From the NCBI GenBank assembly GCA_034432795.1, contig DAOUBF010000078.1, positions 7,551 to 31,550 of the forward strand: a DNA stretch of 24,000 nt, written 5' to 3'. Of the stretch, positions 1-5,671 are shown piece after piece. Position 1 is the stretch's first letter, and every line of letters begins with the position of its first letter. The stretch is from Anaerolineae bacterium. Lineage in GTDB: Bacteria; Chloroflexota; Anaerolineae; DSLN01. Made by a program: the position numbers and the translations under genes. The notes under the pieces were generated by a model. That model was not told the DNA's origin, searched no databases, and saw only the letters and a program-made list of their open reading frames with translations.

Positions 1-933
1 GTATCTTTTCGGAACGTGGGTCAGAATGATAGATTCCAGCATGTCCAAGTAGTGAAGGTTGATGAAGTAATGGCAGTTTTCCACCAGGCGTTGGAGGTCC
101 CTCTTCCTGGCTAACCAGCCCCCTCCGTCTACGAAATTGACAAACGCCCTGTTTTCGCCGTATCGGGCGTTGGAACGGAGAATCCGTTCGTAGGCCGAGA
201 GCATATCCCGCGCCTTGGTGCTTTGCCCGCTGCTGGTCGTCTCCTGAAAGGACACCATCAGGATGACCCAGGGGTCATCTAAGGAGGGGATGGCAAAGTC
301 TATATCGGTCTCAATAAAGCGCGAACGTCCTCGCTCAAAGCCTACCCCATACTTTTCCTGAACACTCGCTAAATACCCTCCAATGTGTGCTTCCACACGA
401 TGCCCCTTACGGCCACTATACGTGCCGATCAGCGCGCGTTTGTAACGCATTCGCCGGGCCATGTCAGAGTCAGCAGCAATTTCGCGAAAATTTAGGGTCT
501 CAAGGTAGTAACGGGGGATCAAGCGCTGCAATTCCAAGTCTTGGTATCCGTCTATGAGCAGGTGAGCTATAAGGGAGGCAAAGTCCTTGTCTTTCTGAAT
601 CTTTTGGGCGACCTGCCTTATAGACCATTCCCTATCCAGCGGGGCGGGGATACGGCCAATCTTACGGAGCAGCGAGATAATGCGCAGAAACTTCTCCTGG
701 GAAAGCTCTATTTCGCGCAACACGAACTCCAGGGCTTCTTCTTGCTCTCGCAAAAAAACGGCCAGGGACGAAGGGGTGATCAGCTTTGTGTTGATGATTC
801 CATGTCGTTCAGCGACTTTGATGAGCCTTTCAACCTCCCTATCAATCTCCCGTTCCAGGTCTTCATCTACAAAGAAAACAACGATGGTCTCCCATGCCTC
901 CTGGAAGGAGAGCTTACGGGCGAGGACGGCCAT
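1..933 (-). CDS. Putative type II restriction endonuclease (DpnII/MboI-like pattern), C-terminus cut by the window edge
   Basis: My own translation of the minus strand from ATG at 933-931 gives 311 codons with no stop, reaching position 1. It is absent from the ORF track because it is open-ended. It reads MAVLARKLSFQEAWETIVVFF...GRKGHRVEAHIGGYLASVQEKYG...RFIETDIDFAIPSLDDPWVILMVSFQETTSSGQSTKARDMLSAY...FVNFVDGGGWLARKRDLQRL...FINLHYLDMLESII. The order GRK..G..E / DF.I / hydrophobic strand + S/G-rich + K / DG.GW resembles what I recall of the DpnII family. AGAGGT lies 7-8 nt upstream of the ATG. The start overlaps the 3' end of the methyltransferase gene by 20 nt. Confidence 0.6.
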   Translation of the reverse strand, partial: MAVLARKLSFQEAWETIVVFFVDEDLEREIDREVERLIKVAERHGIINTKLITPSSLAVFLREQEEALEFVLREIELSQEKFLRIISLLRKIGRIPAPLDREWSIRQVAQKIQKDKDFASLIAHLLIDGYQDLELQRLIPRYYLETLNFREIAADSDMARRMRYKRALIGTYSGRKGHRVEAHIGGYLASVQEKYGVGFERGRSRFIETDIDFAIPSLDDPWVILMVSFQETTSSGQSTKARDMLSAYERILRSNARYGENRAFVNFVDGGGWLARKRDLQRLVENCHYFINLHYLDMLESIILTHVPKRY

Positions 934-2623
934 TATCTACCTCTATCAACTTCGCGGCCTTCAAGGCTTTGCCCCAGGTGGGGAAGGCTTCTAGAAATGG
1001 CTTTAACCCGTAACGGCTCATCTGGCGGACGTCTTCCTGGGTAGGCAACCGGCCGAGTTTAAGGGCGATCTCCTGCAACTCCAATTGGAGGGCCTTCTTG
1101 TTGTAGCGGGGGCGTGGTCTGGGGGCCGGGGGACGATACACCTCACCGAAGACCTCCACCTGGGCCAGCTTTTCACGGGTGATAGCCACATAAGCCGGAT
1201 CAATATCAATAGCGACATAGCGCCGCCCCAACTTCGCAGCGGTCACCGCTGTTGTGCCAGTGCCAGCCAATGCGTCCAAGACGACGTCACCCGGGTGGGT
1301 AGAAAGACGGATAATGCGCTCCATCAGCGCGTCCGGCAACTGACACGGATGGTAATCCCGGTGACGATGGTGTTTAATCCGGTGGATATCCCACCAGATG
1401 TCGGTTAACCGCTCCTTCTCATCCTCCCCTCTCGCTTTGCGCTGGCGGATACAGGATGAACGCAGGCAGTAGAAGCGAGCATCAATGACCCCCACGCTTT
1501 CATAGTTAAACGTGAAGAGAGTAGGGTGTTTCGTGTAGAAGAGAAGCGCGTAGTGAGCGGGCATGATCTTCCCTCGCGGCTCAGAGAGCGCATCCCACAC
1601 AATCCAGTTCTGGAAATACAGGCGCCGATTCAAATAGGCCGCATGATACATCCCCCAACGGGGCAGGTTGAGGATGTAGAGGGAGCCGGTGGGCTTCAGA
1701 ATACGGATGTATTCATCCAGCCAGGCATTGCACCAGTTCAGGTAGGTTTCCCTGTCCTTCTCGTCATCATAGGTGGTATACGCCTTGTCCAGGTTGTAGG
1801 GTGGATCGGCAAAAACCAGGTCCACCGATTCATCTGGATAACGCCGGAGCACCTCCAGGGCATCCCCCTGGATGACCACGTTGAATAAGGAGCCATCGGC
1901 AGGATGGTTTTCCTCTTGTAGAGAAGGGGTGGGTAAAAGGCCGGGAAGCGGGAGCGGTCGGTACTGAACGGTTGGCTCCACCAGCCTGGCGTCCCTGAAC
2001 CCTTGAACGCGCTCCCGCGGCCCGATGAGGCCATTCAGTGCGCTGGCATCAGCCGGGTCGCCGCTGGGAGAAACCATCCGCAGCAGGGTATCCAGGACAG
2101 GAGCCGAAAGCGCGGTGTAGTTATCCTCCAGAGGCAAGGCCTTCCAAACATCCGAGAGTGCCACACCGCCTGGATGCATCAGGTGCGTTTTGCCCCCCCA
2201 ATCCCGCAGCGATCTCCCACAGGCTCGGCAATACTGATGGGGAAAGCGAACGCGAGAGATTCGGAAGGTCTCCCCTTTGGAGAACATTAAGAGGGCCGCG
2301 TGGGCGGAAGGAAGCCCCCGATCCGAAAGGCGGAGCGCCGATTCTATAGCGATCCAATACTTGAAGCGCAGGCGCCTGTCTAGATAGACACCCAGTTCAG
2401 GGAGGGACTCCGGCACCCCCTGGACGAAGAGCAGCCCACCTTCCCGTAACGCCCGCGTGGCAGCATCCAGATAAGGGACCCATCGTTCGGCTTCGGCGGG
2501 GGCCCAGTCCGCCCCAGTGATCAACACGACGAAATCCAGGGAGCCGGGCGGCGCCTCTGCCAGAGCGAACAACAACTGGTTGCTCTCAGGATACCCGATC
2601 ATCTCATTCTCAATATACTTCAA
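914..2623 (-). CDS. Beta-class N4/N6 DNA methyltransferase with a degenerate duplicated N-terminal MTase-like half and a C-terminal helical repeat
   Basis: 569-aa ORF. The catalytic motif VDLVFADPPYNLD (aa 268-279) precedes the AdoMet motif VLDALAGTGTT (aa 448-458), which is the beta-class motif order. aa 28-190 are a paralogous copy at a constant offset of about 250 aa, with GADW in place of DPPY. The tail LGRLPTQEDVRQMSRYGLKPFLEAFPTWGKALKAAKL resembles the homing-endonuclease-associated repeat. The start is a TTG at 2623; an ATG alternative lies at 2602. Confidence 0.9.
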   Translation of the reverse strand: MKYIENEMIGYPESNQLLFALAEAPPGSLDFVVLITGADWAPAEAERWVPYLDAATRALREGGLLFVQGVPESLPELGVYLDRRLRFKYWIAIESALRLSDRGLPSAHAALLMFSKGETFRISRVRFPHQYCRACGRSLRDWGGKTHLMHPGGVALSDVWKALPLEDNYTALSAPVLDTLLRMVSPSGDPADASALNGLIGPRERVQGFRDARLVEPTVQYRPLPLPGLLPTPSLQEENHPADGSLFNVVIQGDALEVLRRYPDESVDLVFADPPYNLDKAYTTYDDEKDRETYLNWCNAWLDEYIRILKPTGSLYILNLPRWGMYHAAYLNRRLYFQNWIVWDALSEPRGKIMPAHYALLFYTKHPTLFTFNYESVGVIDARFYCLRSSCIRQRKARGEDEKERLTDIWWDIHRIKHHRHRDYHPCQLPDALMERIIRLSTHPGDVVLDALAGTGTTAVTAAKLGRRYVAIDIDPAYVAITREKLAQVEVFGEVYRPPAPRPRPRYNKKALQLELQEIALKLGRLPTQEDVRQMSRYGLKPFLEAFPTWGKALKAAKLIEVDNGRPRP

Positions 2624-2792
2624 ATCACATCCGCCCGCAAACCTGGCCTTCGCCCTGTCGGTCTCCTCCCATCACCACGATTTTTTTCCTCTGCCCCGGC
2701 CACGGTCTATCCTGAGAGCGGCCTAGCAGGCAAGTGTGTGACACCCTGCACAAATAATGCATTTGCATCACCCAAGATAAGCCGTTTGCATC

Positions 2793-2822
2793 TTCTATTC
2801 CAACGGCATTCGGGCGTATAGT
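2793..2822 (+). promoter_or_regulatory. Candidate sigma70-like promoter for the regulator/WL operon (TTCTAT - 18 nt - TATAGT)
   Basis: TATAGT at 2817-2822 sits in the only AT-rich stretch of the 292-bp divergent intergenic region. A weak -35-like TTCTAT lies at 2793-2798. This is a pattern match only. Confidence 0.3.
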
Positions 2823-2915
2823 GCTAAAAAACACAAAACGCGCACAACGCGCAAAACGATCAACAGGGACATCCATGATCACGACGGGTGAGAGCCGAAG
2901 GGGGATGAGCGCGCT

Positions 2916-3473
2916 ATGAAAAGACCGCAGGACCCAGGTAAGCGCCTCCTCACACGCACGGAGGTCGCTCAAATCTTTGGCGTGTCTCCTGCCACGGTGA
3001 CCCGCTGGGGCGAGTCGGGGAAGCTCCCCTCAGTCAAAACCCTGGGAGGACACCGGCGCTATGAGGCTGAGGTGGTCATGCGCCTGGCCCAGCAACTTAT
3101 CAAAGGAGAAGCTCGCATGGAACACACGCTCTTGACCATTCCCAAACTGTACGCCGACCATCACGTCACTGCCGTGCGCCAGGTGCTCATGGCATTGCCG
3201 GGCGTGATGGATGTGTACGCCAGTTCCGCCTGGCAGCAGGTGCAGGTCACTTACGACCCGGCGAAGCTCTCCGTCAACGACATCATCCGTGCGTTGGAAC
3301 AGGCGGGGTATCCAGCCGGGACGACGGATGACGGACGACGGACGACGGAAACATTCGGTCCTCCGACCTCCGACCTCCGTCGCAAGGACCCGGCCTGGGA
3401 TGTGCTTGGCGTGCGCGTCACCACCACCCACCGGGCCGATGTGGAGATGAGCGGTGAATTCAGGCGGTATTAA
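2916..3473 (+). CDS. HTH (MerR/excisionase-type) DNA-binding domain fused to a Cys-less HMA-like (ferredoxin-fold) domain; putative regulator
   Basis: aa 11-57, LLTRTEVAQIFGVSPATVTRWGESGKLPSVKTLGGHRRYEAEVVMRL, is a typical MerR-superfamily/excisionase HTH. aa 70-132, TLLTIPKLYADHHVTAVRQVLMALPGVMDVYASSAWQQVQVTYDPAKLSVNDIIRALEQAGY, fits the HMA beta-alpha-beta-beta-alpha-beta pattern, but the MxCxxC loop is replaced by LYADHH. AGGGGGA lies upstream of the ATG at 2916. Confidence 0.75.
   Translation: MKRPQDPGKRLLTRTEVAQIFGVSPATVTRWGESGKLPSVKTLGGHRRYEAEVVMRLAQQLIKGEARMEHTLLTIPKLYADHHVTAVRQVLMALPGVMDVYASSAWQQVQVTYDPAKLSVNDIIRALEQAGYPAGTTDDGRRTTETFGPPTSDLRRKDPAWDVLGVRVTTTHRADVEMSGEFRRY
3321..3380 (+). 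repeat. Two heptanucleotide tandem arrays inside the regulator 3' region: (ACGACGG)~4 and (CCTCCGA)3
   Basis: 3321-3348 reads acgacgg atg acgg acgacgg acgacgg. 3360-3380 reads cctccga cctccga cctccgt. Read directly from the sequence. They encode the low-complexity tail TTDDGRRTTE...PPTSDLRR. Confidence 0.75.
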
Positions 3474-3480
3474 GGCACTC

Positions 3481-3536
3481 AACGGATAGGAATCAAGGAA
3501 ATTGGAGGACGAACGGCGAAAATCGCTCGTCATTCC
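3481..3536 (+). promoter_or_regulatory. GGA-dense leader element upstream of cooS (AACGGAT + GATAGGAATCAAGGA) with a nested hairpin
   Basis: AACGGAT lies at 3481-3487. GATAGGAATCAAGGA at 3485-3499 is identical to 5637-5651. There are five GGA triplets within about 35 nt. AGGAAT...GACGA...(GCGA aaa TCGC)...TCGTCATTCCT can fold as a bulged hairpin. The separate cooS SD (AGGAGGA) lies at about 3554-3560. Confidence 0.5.
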
Positions 3537-3566
3537 TTATCCCCCACTTAGTCAGGAGGAACAAGC

Positions 3567-5585
3567 ATGACCGGCAAAAAGGTACGCACCCCCCAAGAAC
3601 GTAGCGCGGACCCGGCGGCCCATCTTTTGCTGGAGTTCGCCGAGGCAGCGGGCCTGAGCACGGCCTTCAGCCGCGCCGACACCCTGGCGCCCTGCCCCAT
3701 CGGCGCCGATGGGTTGTGCTGCCGCAACTGCTCCATGGGGCCTTGCCGCCTGGTCAAAGAGGGTCAGGTCGGCGTATGTGGCGCGACGGTGGACACGATT
3801 GTGGCCCGCAACTTCGCCCGCGCCGTCGCCGCAGGCGCGGCGGCCCACTCCGACCACGGGCGCGACATGGCCTTCACCCTCAAGGCCGCCGCCACCGGCC
3901 AGGCCCCGGACTACAAAATCCGCGACCCCTACAAGCTGCTCAGCATCGCCGGGATCCTGGGCGTCCCCACCGACGGGCGGCGTATTGAGGAGATCGCCTC
4001 AGATGTGGCCGATGCCGCTATCGCCCAATTCGGCCAGCAGACCGGCCAGATTCTCTACGCCAAACGCGCGCCTGCCCGCCGCCAGCGCATCTGGCAGGAA
4101 CTGGGCTATATCCCACGCGGCATTGACCGCGAAGTCGTTGAGGTGCTGCACCGCACCCACATGGGCGACGACCAGGACCCGGAGCACATCCTGGATGCCA
4201 CCATCCGCTGCGCCCTCGCCGACGGCTGGGGCGGCAGTATGTTGGCCACCGACATCTCCGACGTGCTCTTCGGCACCCCCAGCCCGCTCGTGGCCCAGAT
4301 GAACCTGGGGGTGCTTAAGAAAGACCAGGTCAACATCATCATTCACGGCCACGAACCGACCCTGAGTGAGATGATCCTGGCCGCCGTGAGCGATCCGGAG
4401 TTGATTGACTATGCCAGGAGCAAGGGCGCCAACGGCATCAACCTGGCCGGCATCTGCTGCACCGCCAATGAGACCCTGATGCGCCAGGGCGTGCCCAGCG
4501 CGGGCAACTTCCTGCACCAGGAACTGGCCATCCTCACCGGCGCGGTGGAGGCCATGGTGGTGGACGTGCAGTGCATCATGCAGGCGCTCGTCCCGCTGGC
4601 CGAGAACTTCCACACCGAGATCATCACCACCTCCAAGAAGGTCAAGATCAGCGGCGCGACCCACATTGAGTTTGATGAGCACCACGCGCTGGACACGGCG
4701 CGGGCGATCGTGCGCCGGGCGATTGACAACTTCCCCAAGCGGGGGGAAACGCGCATCCCCGACGTCCGCTCCGATGTCGTCGCCGGCTTCTCCCATGAAT
4801 ACATCAACTACGCCCTGGGCGGCGTCCTGCGCGGCTCCTTCCGCCCGCTGAACGACGCCATCATCGCCGGGCGCATTCGCGGCGTGGTGGCCGACATCGG
4901 CTGCAACAACCCCCGCACCGCCCAGGACGCCGTCCATCAATACGTGGTGAGAGAATTTCTCAAGAACGACGTTCTGGTGGTGGAGACGGGCTGCGGCGCC
5001 ATCGCCAGCGGCAAGCGCGGCTTTATGCTGGGGGAGGCTGCGCTGGAATATGCCGGGCCGGGGCTGCGCGAAGTGTGCGAGGCGGTGGGCATCCCGCCCG
5101 TCCTGCATATGGGCTCGTGCGTGGACAACAGCCGCATCCTCACTGTCCTGAGCCAGATGGTCACGGAGGGCGGCCTGGGCCAGGACATCAGCGACATCCC
5201 GGCGGTGGGCATGGCTCCGGAGTGGATGAGTGAGAAAGCCCTGGCCATCGCCACCTATGCCGCCGCCTCCGGTGTGTACGTCATCATGGGCGTCACCAGC
5301 CCGGTGGCCGGGAGCGAGACCGTCACCCGCCTGTTGAGCGAGGGCTGGCGGGCCAAGTTCGGCGGTCGCCTGGAGTTCATCACCGACCCGGAGGAGATCG
5401 TCCGCCGCGCCCTGGCCCATATTGACGAACGCCGCGCTGCCCTCAAGCTGCCGGAGTACGACGCCAGCAAGTGGGGCAAGAGCGGCGACCGCCGTATCCT
5501 GGAACTGCTGCAGTTGCCATTTGCCGAGCGGCAGGCCGCTCTGTACGGGGGGCCTGTGGCGGTGGCCGCCACGCTGCCGATGTGA
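3567..5585 (+). CDS. cooS: Anaerobic Ni,Fe carbon monoxide dehydrogenase catalytic subunit (CODH component of CODH/ACS)
   Basis: 672 aa. Hallmark motifs are CPIGADGLCCRNCSMGPCR (B/D-cluster region), IIIHGHEP, GICCTANE, ETGCGA and HMGSCVDNSR (C-cluster ligand regions). A strong SD AGGAGGA precedes the ATG. It sits next to acsB. Confidence 0.95.
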   Translation: MTGKKVRTPQERSADPAAHLLLEFAEAAGLSTAFSRADTLAPCPIGADGLCCRNCSMGPCRLVKEGQVGVCGATVDTIVARNFARAVAAGAAAHSDHGRDMAFTLKAAATGQAPDYKIRDPYKLLSIAGILGVPTDGRRIEEIASDVADAAIAQFGQQTGQILYAKRAPARRQRIWQELGYIPRGIDREVVEVLHRTHMGDDQDPEHILDATIRCALADGWGGSMLATDISDVLFGTPSPLVAQMNLGVLKKDQVNIIIHGHEPTLSEMILAAVSDPELIDYARSKGANGINLAGICCTANETLMRQGVPSAGNFLHQELAILTGAVEAMVVDVQCIMQALVPLAENFHTEIITTSKKVKISGATHIEFDEHHALDTARAIVRRAIDNFPKRGETRIPDVRSDVVAGFSHEYINYALGGVLRGSFRPLNDAIIAGRIRGVVADIGCNNPRTAQDAVHQYVVREFLKNDVLVVETGCGAIASGKRGFMLGEAALEYAGPGLREVCEAVGIPPVLHMGSCVDNSRILTVLSQMVTEGGLGQDISDIPAVGMAPEWMSEKALAIATYAAASGVYVIMGVTSPVAGSETVTRLLSEGWRAKFGGRLEFITDPEEIVRRALAHIDERRAALKLPEYDASKWGKSGDRRILELLQLPFAERQAALYGGPVAVAATLPM

Positions 5586-5592
5586 TTGCATT

Positions 5593-5614
5593 GGCCGGGT
5601 ATGGAAACCCGGCC
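5593..5614 (+). other. Perfect 8-bp stem-loop 8 nt after the cooS stop (GGCCGGGT atggaa ACCCGGCC)
   Basis: Read directly from the sequence. No T-tract follows, so it is not a canonical intrinsic terminator. A second small hairpin, TCGCC ttc GGCGA, follows at 5626-5638. Confidence 0.6.
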
Positions 5615-5671
5615 TACTAGCAATGTCGCCTTCGGCGATAGGAATCAAGGAGGTTGAGGAGGGAAGCGAGC

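Noticed and set aside
541-1044. 167-aa + strand ORF (and 680-994) in the left flank
   Set aside because: It is antisense to the hand-translated REase ORF, which has a sensible start, an SD, coupling to the MTase and family-like motifs. The + strand translation has no recognisable features.
2625-2972. 115-aa minus-strand ORF spanning the divergent intergenic region
   Set aside because: It covers the AT-rich promoter region and overlaps the start of the HTH gene. It has no SD and a Cys/Arg-rich composition with no motif, so it is likely spurious.
2916-3100. HTH protein as a prophage or island excisionase (Xis-type HTH)
   Set aside because: No integrase, att-like repeats or phage genes are adjacent. 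The HTH is fused to a putative ligand-binding domain and sits at the head of a metabolic operon, so a regulator is more likely. This remains a low-probability alternative.
5654-5671. Upstream TTG start for acsB given by the ORF track
   Set aside because: The TTG lies inside the SD-like GGAGGTTGAGGAGGG. The ATG at 5672 is correctly spaced from it, and MSRYIATRAIRG is a typical AcsB N-terminus.
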